Part shown: piece after piece, positions 28,091 to 37,074 of the stretch
How the letters are laid out: each line of letters starts with the position of its first letter
Position numbering within the stretch: position 1 is the first letter of the stretch
Assembly: GCA_041500405.1 (NCBI GenBank)
Contig: JBGQMB010000001.1
Coordinates: forward strand, 20,376-84,375
DNA length: 64,000 nt
DNA from: Candidatus Micrarchaeia archaeon
Lineage (GTDB): Archaea; Micrarchaeota; Micrarchaeia; Anstonellales; J096
Direction: 5' to 3'
Notes under the pieces: generated by a model
Told to the model about the DNA's origin: nothing
Databases searched by the model: none
What the model saw: the letters and a program-made list of their open reading frames with translations, nothing else
Program-made: the position numbers and the translations under genes

Positions 28091-28579
28091 ATGCAGCAGC
28101 GCCAGAAGGAAAAGGAGCATGGCCGTTTCAGGAAAAAGGCAATGCACCTGCTGGAATCAGGCAAAAGGTCAGTAAAGAGGATACTCACGCTCTCAAAGAA
28201 GAGCAAGGAGCTGGATGAGGCGCTCATCGTCTCCGCATGTAATGGCAACAACGTGGGAGTAATGCGGCTAATCAGGGCAGGAGCAAATATCGCAGCAAGG
28301 GATAACGAAGACAGGACAACAGCCCTGTTATGGGCCGCACGGAATGGATACACTAAAACCTGCGCCCTGCTTATCTCAGAATATACAAAAGCCAACGGAA
28401 ACATAAAGAGACTGATTGCAGCAAAGGACAATAAAGGCAGAACAGCTACGAAATGGGCCGCACGGAACGGACACACCCAAATTGTTCAGTTGTTCGATTC
28501 CATGGAAAACATGCAGGAAAGCATGGGCAAGGAAGCGTTCAGCTCATTCCTTTCCGCTTTCAATGAATGCGTTTCCTGA
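28091..28579 (+). CDS. ankyrin-repeat protein
   Basis: TALLWAARNGY and TATKWAARNGH repeats, GANIAARD. Confidence 0.88.
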   Translation: MQQRQKEKEHGRFRKKAMHLLESGKRSVKRILTLSKKSKELDEALIVSACNGNNVGVMRLIRAGANIAARDNEDRTTALLWAARNGYTKTCALLISEYTKANGNIKRLIAAKDNKGRTATKWAARNGHTQIVQLFDSMENMQESMGKEAFSSFLSAFNECVS

Positions 28580-28698
28580 CCCCCAAACGGGCTTTTTAAA
28601 CAGCCCTTCCGTCTAAGTGGTATTCCAAGCTCACCCCCGCCCTTTTTATAATGTTTGTAGCTAAAAATAGCTTGTCAAAGTTTAATTTACGGTGAAAC

Positions 28699-29394
28699 AT
28701 GATGCCCAAAAGGTATGAAGAGATTGGCCAGTTCCTGGCCAACGACGCCGTGAGGAAAGAACTCATAAACTGCGCAGGCGAGAACGCGATAGACATACTC
28801 AAATTGCTGGGCAAGGAAACCGAAGACGAGAAAATCGCCAATGTCCTCAAGCTGAAGGTCAGCGACGTCCGCTCCGTCTTAAACAGGCTGAACGAGATAG
28901 GCATCGCCTTCTATGACAGGACCAAGAACGAGGACACGGGCTGGTACTACTACAACTGGTCGGTGGACATGAACAAGTTCAGGGGCTGGGTGAACAGCAC
29001 GCTCAGGAACCAGGACGCAAGGATAAAGTACGCGTACCTCATTGAGGATGAGCATTATTACTGCCCGCAATGCGGGATAGGGACAAGCTTTGCGTTCCAT
29101 GACGCGGCTGATTTGGTGTTCAAGTGCCCGTCCTGCACAAACACGCTGGAGCTTATAGAAAGCGGGGTTTTGGACAGGTATTTTGGCAGGCCAAAGAAGC
29201 TGACAGTCATGCTGCCCCCGGTTGTGCATGAGCATAGGCACGTTCCGTCCGGGCCGAAGCACGAAAAAAAGCCGCACCTTGTAAAGCACACGGCAAAGGC
29301 CCACAAGGCTGCCGCTAAAAAAGCCGTTAAAAAAGCAGTGAAGAAAAAGGCTAAATTCTCAGCCAAGAAAAAGGCAAAGAAAAGGAAAAGATGA
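28699..29394 (+). CDS. tfe: transcription factor E with Lys/Ala-rich C-terminal extension
   Basis: EDEKIA..L.LKVSDVRSVLNRL, TGWYYYNW, CPQC...FKCPSC zinc ribbon. Confidence 0.9.
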   Translation: MMPKRYEEIGQFLANDAVRKELINCAGENAIDILKLLGKETEDEKIANVLKLKVSDVRSVLNRLNEIGIAFYDRTKNEDTGWYYYNWSVDMNKFRGWVNSTLRNQDARIKYAYLIEDEHYYCPQCGIGTSFAFHDAADLVFKCPSCTNTLELIESGVLDRYFGRPKKLTVMLPPVVHEHRHVPSGPKHEKKPHLVKHTAKAHKAAAKKAVKKAVKKKAKFSAKKKAKKRKR

Positions 29395-29400
29395 TTGCCT

Positions 29401-30477
29401 TTAGCCTGTTCCGTTCATCGCTGTCTCATTGCTAAGGCAATCTGTTTTCATGGTCCCGTTAGCTATCCTTTCGCAGTATGCCGGGTCCTTCTTGTCCATT
29501 ACCTTGCCGAAATAGTACCAGCACTGGTCCTTTTCGCTTCCTGAAAGCAGCGGGCACGCGTTCGGGTTCTTGGTCCCTGTCATATAGTCCAGGATGCAGA
29601 GTGAGAAGTTCGACGTTTTCCTGCACAGCTCAGGCATGCGGTACTCCATTGCCAGGGTTATCATGCCGGTGTCCGAGGAAACGTTGTTGTATGCCTTCCA
29701 GAACTGCGAGAAAGAATAGAAAAGCGCCTTGAACTCCGTGTCATTGACAACAGAGGGGGATTCTATTTCGCTTGAAGACCTCGCAAAGGACGTGACGTTT
29801 GTGCTTTCGGAGTATCCCTGCCCCAAATAAGTGTAATCAAGGCTGTCAAAAACCCTCATTCCGTCCGATTCTCCGAAAGCCATCCTTTCATTGAATGAAA
29901 GCACGCTTATCAGCGGTGACGTTGGCGAGATGTAAAGCATTGAAAGCTCCTCCCCGCTAAGGTCCTTGAGAGAAAATCTCATTGCAAAGGCGCTTCCTTT
30001 GCTGTCGTTGCTGAATTCGGTTATGTTGAGCGAGTTGTGCTCCATCAGGCCATTGTATTCCACGGAAAGCTGGCTTGCCTGCGCTTTCGTTAAAAGGACT
30101 GAGGAAAGGCTTGAGGATATGCCTGAGGACGATGTTCCCAAAACGGAGATGTTTGCAGTGCACGATGTCTGGTTCCCGAATTTCAGGCAAAGGTATTCCG
30201 TGCCGTTCTTCTTTATTGTTGTCCAGGCATAGAACTCCGAGCCCAATGAAACGGAATAATCGCTTCCGTGCCTTGAGACGCTTACATCGGACGTCCTGTT
30301 GGACACTGACATCACTATCGTTTCGGAATAGTCGCCTGTGCTGTTGACCAAATATATGTACCTGTTGATGCTTGCGTTGAACGCGTCCATTGCCGCATTG
30401 CCCTTGGATTCTCCGCCCAGGCATCCGAACACAAGGCACATTGCCATTGCCAAAACAATTATTTTATATCCCATCAT
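29401..30477 (-). CDS. putative lipoprotein with Cys-rich C-terminal repeats
   Basis: Lipobox-like LVFGC; repeated PxxC...C units (PELC, PNAC, PAYC); many NxS/T sequons. Confidence 0.7.
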   Translation of the reverse strand: MMGYKIIVLAMAMCLVFGCLGGESKGNAAMDAFNASINRYIYLVNSTGDYSETIVMSVSNRTSDVSVSRHGSDYSVSLGSEFYAWTTIKKNGTEYLCLKFGNQTSCTANISVLGTSSSGISSSLSSVLLTKAQASQLSVEYNGLMEHNSLNITEFSNDSKGSAFAMRFSLKDLSGEELSMLYISPTSPLISVLSFNERMAFGESDGMRVFDSLDYTYLGQGYSESTNVTSFARSSSEIESPSVVNDTEFKALFYSFSQFWKAYNNVSSDTGMITLAMEYRMPELCRKTSNFSLCILDYMTGTKNPNACPLLSGSEKDQCWYYFGKVMDKKDPAYCERIANGTMKTDCLSNETAMNGTG

Positions 30478-30479
30478 AA

Positions 30480-31616
30480 TCACTTCTTTGCTGTTGAAAC
30501 GATTTTGATTACATCCAAATCCTTAATAATGTGATCCTTCGCGATTTTCATCTTGGTCCTTGCGTCTATCCCGTACAGCATGTTGTTCGCTATGTCCGTG
30601 TGGATTGTCGCCGCCAGGTCGTGCGCCGTCTTTCCCTTTTCCAGAAGCTTGACGTTTGGCAGGACGTTGCCTTTCTTGTCCGTAAGCTTTGTTTCGTCTT
30701 CCACCGGATAGGCCGTTATGTACCCAAGAAGCTCGAACGCCATTGCGTTGAGCGCCTCTGTTATCCCGGTTCCATTGTTCCTGTCCATGAATTCCTTTAT
30801 CCTCGCAAGCGCGGCCTTCTGTTCATCTGTTCCATTGTTTATCGTGAATGTCCTGTCCCCCGGCATGTAGCTTATTACCCCTGCCTTTGCCGCCTTTACA
30901 AGCGCAAGCTCATAGACCCCCGAGCCGTAGATTACCGGCCTTGAGCATATTATTTCCTTCTTTCCCTTGTCAGCCTTGTTTCCGAAAACGAGTATGGGCT
31001 TGTCCTTGACTATTTGGTCTGCAAGCGCCCACGCGATTTTCTCGTCCATCCTGACCTTGCCCTTGTCTATGCCCGCCTTTTCCGCGGCGCGGAGCATCAT
31101 TTCATTATCAACTTTCAATGAGGAAAGGATGTCCATAAGCTTGGCGATGTCCCTGTTCTCAAAATCCTTCCTGTTCCTGAGTATTATGCCCTTTATCCAT
31201 TCCCTTAGCTCCGTTTCAATAAGCTCGACTTCCTTTGAAGGGTCGCAGTCCCCTGGATTTCCCTCCAGGTCAGACTGGCCGGACGCGTCAACCACTATGA
31301 TGATTCCGTCCGCCTGCCTCATATCATCGAGGAACTGCAATCCTAATCCCTTTCCCGCGTGCGCATCAGGCACAATCCCTGCCACGTCCAGCAGCTGCGC
31401 AGGTATCAGCCTTGAGCCGCTGACGCATATCGAGTCCTGGGGATTGCATTTAACGTGAAAATCCGAGCACGGGCACGCCTTCCTCAGGTAACCCACGCCC
31501 CTGTTCGGCTCTATGGTGGTAAACGGATAGTTTGCTATCTTTACGTCCACATGGGTTGCCGCAGAGAAGAACGTCGACTTGCCAGAGTTGGGCTTGCCCA
31601 CTATTCCGATCAGCAT
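30480..31616 (-). CDS. ychF: YchF/Obg-family GTPase (archaeal type, TGS domain)
   Basis: GKPNSGKST, ANYPFTTIEPN, DVAG, NKAD, IHTD. Confidence 0.93.
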   Translation of the reverse strand: MLIGIVGKPNSGKSTFFSAATHVDVKIANYPFTTIEPNRGVGYLRKACPCSDFHVKCNPQDSICVSGSRLIPAQLLDVAGIVPDAHAGKGLGLQFLDDMRQADGIIIVVDASGQSDLEGNPGDCDPSKEVELIETELREWIKGIILRNRKDFENRDIAKLMDILSSLKVDNEMMLRAAEKAGIDKGKVRMDEKIAWALADQIVKDKPILVFGNKADKGKKEIICSRPVIYGSGVYELALVKAAKAGVISYMPGDRTFTINNGTDEQKAALARIKEFMDRNNGTGITEALNAMAFELLGYITAYPVEDETKLTDKKGNVLPNVKLLEKGKTAHDLAATIHTDIANNMLYGIDARTKMKIAKDHIIKDLDVIKIVSTAKK

Positions 31617-31617
31617 T

Positions 31618-31848
31618 TTACTTCTTTCCCTTTTTCGGCTTTTTCTTGGCCTTTGGCTTTGCCGCCGGCTTTATGGGAACGATGACGTCCTCACTTTGTT
31701 CCTCCTTCGGGGGCGCCTTTTCCTCGCCAATCATGTCCCTCTCAACATCCTCGTTCTTCTCGAATTCAGTGACGTCGTCGGGCTCGAGCTTGATTTCGCT
31801 TGGCTCCTTTTTCCCGAAAAGCGACTTGAACCATTCTATCAGTCCCAT
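31618..31848 (-). CDS. small hypothetical protein, acidic middle and Lys-rich tail
   Basis: 76 aa; AGGTGG RBS-like sequence upstream; abuts ychF. Confidence 0.6.
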   Translation of the reverse strand: MGLIEWFKSLFGKKEPSEIKLEPDDVTEFEKNEDVERDMIGEEKAPPKEEQSEDVIVPIKPAAKPKAKKKPKKGKK

Positions 31849-31948
31849 TCTACCACCTTCTGAAATGTAGGCTACTTGTATTTATAAATTTTGCCGTTTT
31901 CCTAGAAGTTGCAGGCTATTTTTAATTGCTTTGGCGCATTGGGGTTGC

Positions 31949-32290
31949 ATGCAGAAAGAGAATCCTTTGGCTGGGCCGGAACCAGTGAAAAAGGAGATAA
32001 TGGCCGCGCTTTCAACGGTCATAGACCCGGAAATCGGCATAGACATCGTCAACCTGGGTCTGGTTTACGGCGTTGAGGTTGATTTAAAGAACAGCAAGGC
32101 AACGGTCCGCTTGACAATGACAACGCCGGCCTGCCCGCTCATGGGCGTCATCCTTTCTGACATCGAAAAGGCGCTCGGCGAAGTCAAGTCAGTGAAGGAC
32201 ATAATAGTCAAGCTTGTCTGGGACCCGCCATGGGACCAAAACAGGATGAGCGAAAGGGCGAAGATGATGCTTGGCGCGCCGAAACCCTAG
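31949..32290 (+). CDS. DUF59/SufT/PaaD-like Fe-S assembly protein
   Basis: VIDPEIGIDIVNLGLVY, TMTTPACP, WDPPW. Confidence 0.92.
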   Translation: MQKENPLAGPEPVKKEIMAALSTVIDPEIGIDIVNLGLVYGVEVDLKNSKATVRLTMTTPACPLMGVILSDIEKALGEVKSVKDIIVKLVWDPPWDQNRMSERAKMMLGAPKP

Positions 32291-32883
32291 ACGCGCTTGA
32301 ACGCAATGAGCCCGCCCTGGACCCTTGCAAACCTGTAATTGAGGATTAAGTATTTTTTCTGGATAAGGCTTCCGCCGCTTTCTATATTCGCCCTTATGTC
32401 GCCTTCAGGAAGCTCGCCGCACATGCCGACCGCGTACTCAAGCCCGTTCCTTTTTGCCTCCCTTTCCCTTTCCTCTATGAGCATCTCTATTATGCCCTTG
32501 CCCTGGTACTCGTTCAGCACCGCGGTCTCCTCCATGTAAAGCGCGTTTGCGGCCTGGCCGGTGTCAAGCGTCTTTTCAGACCTGTCGAAAAACACGGGCC
32601 ACGCAAGGCCAACCCCGACTATGAACTTCTCCACGCACGCGCCGTAGCTGTGGCCTTCGGCAATGATGTCCTTTATCTGCTTCACTTCCCTTGTCCCTAT
32701 CTCGAAAAGGGCGCTTCTCATCAGCTTGACGACCTCCTCAAGGTCTTCCTCATCAAGGCGCTTTATCTCGGCGCTTTCGTTGCTCGCTATTTCCAGGTCC
32801 TCAAGCAGCGCCCTCCTTTTCAGCGCGGACGGCGGGGCAAGCGCCTTGTGCCTTTCCTCCTTTTCCTTCTCCTGCTGGACCAT
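32287..32883 (-). CDS. GNAT-family acetyltransferase
   Basis: YMEETAVLNEYQGKGI acetyl-CoA binding motif A. Confidence 0.75.
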   Translation of the reverse strand: MVQQEKEKEERHKALAPPSALKRRALLEDLEIASNESAEIKRLDEEDLEEVVKLMRSALFEIGTREVKQIKDIIAEGHSYGACVEKFIVGVGLAWPVFFDRSEKTLDTGQAANALYMEETAVLNEYQGKGIIEMLIEEREREAKRNGLEYAVGMCGELPEGDIRANIESGGSLIQKKYLILNYRFARVQGGLIAFKRV

Positions 32884-32935
32884 GTTTTTTTGTGGAACTG
32901 TTTTGTTTTAAAACGTTGCCCTGCCCCAAACTATC

Positions 32936-33589
32936 ATGAAGGAGATTTTTCCCGGCGTCTTTGCGGACGGAAGGAGGATATTCACCATAAACGCAGTGCC
33001 GGGCAAGAGCGTGTACGGGGAAAAGCTCGTCCGCCAGGGAAGCGTCGAGTTCCGCGAGTGGGACCCTTTCAGGAGCAAGCTGTGCGGGGCGCTCAGGAAG
33101 GGGCTGAAGACATTCCCGTTTTCCAGGACCAGCAAGGTCCTTTACCTTGGCGCGTCAACCGGAACGACTGTAAGTCACCTTTCAGACATTGCGGAAGAAG
33201 GGGAAATCTACGCGGTTGAGATGGCGCCGGTAATGGGCGAAAGGCTGATGGAACTGGCTGAAAAAAGGCAGAACATAGTGCCCATAATCGCCGATGCAAG
33301 GAAGCCGGACGAGTATGCGGAAATACCTGAAGTTGACGTCGTGTACCAGGACGTGGCCCAGCCGGACCAGGACAGGATTCTTGCGATAAACGCAAGGCAG
33401 TTCCTGAAAAAGGGCGGAATTGCGATGCTGTGCGTTAAGAGCCAGAGCATAGACGTGACAATGGACCCGAAGAAGGTGTTTGCGATGGTTGAAAAGTCCC
33501 TTTCTTCTGATTTTGAGATAGTTGAAAAGTTTTATTTGGAGCCGTATGACAAGGAGCACGAGTTCCTTGTGCTGAGGCTGAAGGGATAG
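32936..33589 (+). CDS. flpA: fibrillarin rRNA/tRNA 2'-O-methyltransferase
   Basis: VYGEK, REWDPFRSKL, VLYLGASTGTTVSH, YQDVAQPDQ. Confidence 0.96.
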   Translation: MKEIFPGVFADGRRIFTINAVPGKSVYGEKLVRQGSVEFREWDPFRSKLCGALRKGLKTFPFSRTSKVLYLGASTGTTVSHLSDIAEEGEIYAVEMAPVMGERLMELAEKRQNIVPIIADARKPDEYAEIPEVDVVYQDVAQPDQDRILAINARQFLKKGGIAMLCVKSQSIDVTMDPKKVFAMVEKSLSSDFEIVEKFYLEPYDKEHEFLVLRLKG

Positions 33590-33630
33590 AGCAGTTCCAT
33601 TAAAAAACCCCTTTATCCACAAATAAGCAC

Positions 33631-35349
33631 ATGAAAAGGCTGCTGTACCGCGCGCGTCACCATCCCATAGGCGCAGCCAACCATCCGCCGGCACAAACCC
33701 AGGAGCCAGCAATAGAATCCCCTGCAAGCATGTTGAAGGAGAGGGTATCCGCGCTCCTGCAAAAGGTCATGTCCAGCCCGCGTTATGACCAAAGGATGCA
33801 GCCTATTGTCAACGACATAATCCAGCTGGAGTGCAAGTTCGGGAATGAAAAGGACGGATACGACAACAGCAACAGGGTGAAGATAGACTCGCTGGAGGAG
33901 CTTTCCCTGCTCATGGAAAGCGGCGCGCTCGGAAAGCACCTTGCGCCAATCCTGGCTGAACTGCACAGCAAGCTCATTTCTGCGGCAATTGAGGCAGGCA
34001 AATGCTTTTACGCGCGCAATTTCATGGAGTCAAAAAGGAACGTCTCAACATCGCTGTTCTGGGCCCTGAAGCAGCTAAGGAGGCTGTCCCAGGCTCCGGA
34101 GTTTTCCGGGACAGACGCAATGCTTGCCGAAAAGGCCACAATGAGGACAGATTTCGGCAACATCATGTTCAGCTATTCAATTTTGAAATCGATGCTTGGC
34201 AACAGGAACCTGGACAAGCTTAAGGAAAGCAGGAACGCATTCGACAACACATTCATTTCCATAACAGATGCCGCAAAAGAGGCAGTGAAAAAGGCATACC
34301 GCAGGCAGGACCCGGGCCAGCTGTATGCATGGATAGAGAGGATTGCGGGCAGCCCCAATTTCGGCCCTGACACCGTCCCGGCGCTGGTCATGGTGCTCAA
34401 CGACATCGGCATCGGATACAGCGTCGCTGCAAAGTCCATGAACCCGGAAAGCGCCACAAAGGCCGCGGCCTCGATTTCCGAACTGGGCCTCCTTATCAAT
34501 TCCCCGAACTATGACCGCCACGCTGAGCTGGCGCTGCGCAATGTTGCAATAACCGGCGAGCGCATGCTTGCCTCAGACACTGTCAATGCGATGTACTCTG
34601 TTTTCATTAACAAAAACCTGCCGGAAGAAGCGCGCCGCACTGTATTTTTCATATCAACCAAGTGCCCGCCAAAGCACCTGATGCGCGCCTATAATGCAGC
34701 ATCCCGCCTTTTCAAGATAGGAAAGTTCCAGGGCAGGGTAGGCTCCGCGATAGCGAGTGCCGCATCGGCGATAGAGGACCAGGACCTTGCAGACTTCCTG
34801 GATTCCATTGCAAATGCAGTATGCAGCGATCCAGGCATCAAGCCAAGGATGGTGGCCCCGCTTTGCAGCGTAATACTGGGCTGCGTGCATGACGAAAAGA
34901 CCAGGGAGGAATGCCTGGGCCTGTTTTCCAAAATCGCAAACCACAAGAACATGAAAGGCAGGATGGTCCGCGTACTGGACATGGCCGCTTCGGAAAGGGG
35001 GGAGGACCTTTATCCTGCCCTTGCCTCGCTTTATTCGCTTATCAACAGCAACCCGTTCAGCAACAAGTTTTCGGTCATGGCGGAAAAGGCGGCGTCATTG
35101 GCGAAAGAGGGCGCAGTGTCGGACTCGCTTGACATGCTTGGCATCATGCTGAAAAACGAGATGATAGGGATAAGGCGGCTTGACAGGGACCTTTTGTCGG
35201 CTTCGTGCGCAATCGCCAACCATGCGTCGCTTGCAAGGCACGGGGGCATGCGCCAGGGCACAGTTGCTGACGCGCTCAAGAAGCTTGGCAGAGGGTTTTC
35301 CAAGGAAGACCTGCTCTGGACGGCAGAAGCGCTTCCCTCGTTCAAGTGA
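33631..35349 (+). CDS. hypothetical alpha-solenoid protein with ~36-aa repeats
   Basis: Recurrent LINSPNY/IAGSPNF/LINSNPF/VMSSPRY-type turns. Confidence 0.7.
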   Translation: MKRLLYRARHHPIGAANHPPAQTQEPAIESPASMLKERVSALLQKVMSSPRYDQRMQPIVNDIIQLECKFGNEKDGYDNSNRVKIDSLEELSLLMESGALGKHLAPILAELHSKLISAAIEAGKCFYARNFMESKRNVSTSLFWALKQLRRLSQAPEFSGTDAMLAEKATMRTDFGNIMFSYSILKSMLGNRNLDKLKESRNAFDNTFISITDAAKEAVKKAYRRQDPGQLYAWIERIAGSPNFGPDTVPALVMVLNDIGIGYSVAAKSMNPESATKAAASISELGLLINSPNYDRHAELALRNVAITGERMLASDTVNAMYSVFINKNLPEEARRTVFFISTKCPPKHLMRAYNAASRLFKIGKFQGRVGSAIASAASAIEDQDLADFLDSIANAVCSDPGIKPRMVAPLCSVILGCVHDEKTREECLGLFSKIANHKNMKGRMVRVLDMAASERGEDLYPALASLYSLINSNPFSNKFSVMAEKAASLAKEGAVSDSLDMLGIMLKNEMIGIRRLDRDLLSASCAIANHASLARHGGMRQGTVADALKKLGRGFSKEDLLWTAEALPSFK

Positions 35350-35414
35350 ACTATTTCCACCTTTTGTCACTAGTGCAAACCAATAAAAACCCTTAGCAGC
35401 AATAATATATATTT

Positions 35415-36215
35415 ATGGATACCAAAAATGCCACCGGAAGCGGACAAGGGCACAAGGATCCCCAGCCCGGCCGCACTGCCGCACATGAGCCATTGGAAAG
35501 CGGAACCGGCGAGCACAACTTTTTTGCTCAATTGTGCAGCAAGCTTTCAAAAGACCGCCAGGCAGTCTCATTCATAACCGCCCTTTCAAGAAGCATAACC
35601 CCGGCCATGCCGAACTATGAGCTGCTGGCCAAAGGCAAAAGCGCCTCAAACGCCCTGGTCCTTCTTGCAAAGCGCATAGCCGAAATCTATAGGGACAGCC
35701 CGCCCCACGGCAGCATGGCGTCACAGGCCGCGCTCAGGGCGATTTGCGGGCCAAGGCTTGACGAAGGCTCGCTGTCCCTTCTGCTTTCAGCGGCGCTCCG
35801 CTCTTCAGAGATGCACACAGGCCTTTGCATCAACACCATAAGCGACATGGCGGAGAAGGGAATCCTGTCGTGCGCAGGCGTCGGGGGCACCCTGGATTCA
35901 TTTGTCATACGCACCGATGCGAACGAGGTTTATCCGTTCCTCCTGGTGTCGGATGCCGCGCTTTCCAACCCGCACATGCCTCAAGGGAGCATTACCATAG
36001 CCGTGCTTTCTGACATCCATGATGCAGTCTCGGCATTCTGCCGCAATTCCCCCGGCAGCAGCTTGCCGATAGAGGTGCTCAACATGGCGGCATATCTTGA
36101 AATCATGTCGTTCCAAGTGCACACGCACGCCGATTCCCCTGCCCATGAGCCGTCTGCAGCTGCCGGCGAAAATGCCATCAAGCAGATGATAAAGATGATG
36201 CAGGGCAAGCCATAG
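35415..36215 (+). CDS. hypothetical helical-repeat protein (same family)
   Basis: AICGPRL, MAEKGIL, ALSNPHM at 36-37 aa spacing. Confidence 0.6.
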   Translation: MDTKNATGSGQGHKDPQPGRTAAHEPLESGTGEHNFFAQLCSKLSKDRQAVSFITALSRSITPAMPNYELLAKGKSASNALVLLAKRIAEIYRDSPPHGSMASQAALRAICGPRLDEGSLSLLLSAALRSSEMHTGLCINTISDMAEKGILSCAGVGGTLDSFVIRTDANEVYPFLLVSDAALSNPHMPQGSITIAVLSDIHDAVSAFCRNSPGSSLPIEVLNMAAYLEIMSFQVHTHADSPAHEPSAAAGENAIKQMIKMMQGKP

Positions 36216-36298
36216 GCGCCCCGAATCGCATTATTCTCTTTGTGTTTAAATATAAGCGCAAGTGTAGCATTATTAAACTGTTTGCTGCGCAATAAAAC

Positions 36299-37021
36299 AT
36301 GGTAAAATCCTGCTCCCTAGCATATGCCGCCAGCAGAAACTGCAATGGCTGCGCAGCGGGGCAGGGCAATGAATTTTTCAGCAGTTACAAATGGTTTTGC
36401 TCCCCTGACATGACTTCTTACAAAAAGCAAAGGGCGGCGGCAGGCATCCGCATGACATCAAGGTCGCTTTGCAGAATTGCAGATGGCAGTGCCCAGCTAT
36501 CGGCCAATCACTCCCTGATGAAGCTGATAGGCGAAGAAAAGTTTGACCCGTCAATCCTTCCTTTTATGAACAGGCTCGTCTCGAATGGCCGCCTTTCAGG
36601 ATTTTATACCGCGATTTCCATAAACTGTTTCAGGGATATATGCGCAACCGGAAGATTCGAGAGGTCAATGCTGCCTTTCTTTGATTGCATGCTCCGCAAA
36701 AAAGGGAAGAATGACATGTACCTTGCGGTCGAATCCGTGCGCGCGCTTTTCCGCAACCCGGATTTTGACAAAGGATGGCTCACGCAGGACAACTACGCCA
36801 TTATATTGAGGATAATCGGCGCCATGGCCCAGAAACCGGATTCGGACACTGTGCCTTATCCATTCTACAGCTTCACTTCCCTGATAGGCAGCAGGGGATT
36901 CTCGGTTGCTGAGCTTCCCAAGGTGCATGACGGCATGCAAAACCTGAACGGCATTGCGATGGCGGCGTATTTTTACAGTCTTGAGAAGGAGCGGCATCCA
37001 AACGCCGAGCCGAAAACCTAA
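36299..37021 (+). CDS. hypothetical helical-repeat protein (same family; start uncertain)
   Basis: LIGEEKF, ICATGRF, LFRNPDF, LIGSRGF. Confidence 0.65.
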   Translation: MVKSCSLAYAASRNCNGCAAGQGNEFFSSYKWFCSPDMTSYKKQRAAAGIRMTSRSLCRIADGSAQLSANHSLMKLIGEEKFDPSILPFMNRLVSNGRLSGFYTAISINCFRDICATGRFERSMLPFFDCMLRKKGKNDMYLAVESVRALFRNPDFDKGWLTQDNYAIILRIIGAMAQKPDSDTVPYPFYSFTSLIGSRGFSVAELPKVHDGMQNLNGIAMAAYFYSLEKERHPNAEPKT

Positions 37022-37074
37022 AAAATCAGGGCATGGGTCAATAGCTTTTAATCTTATCCCGCAGTAATAAGCGC

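Noticed and set aside
33613..33621. Perfect DnaA box TTATCCACA
   Set aside because: Single copy in an archaeal promoter region; no cluster or initiator gene, so consistent with chance
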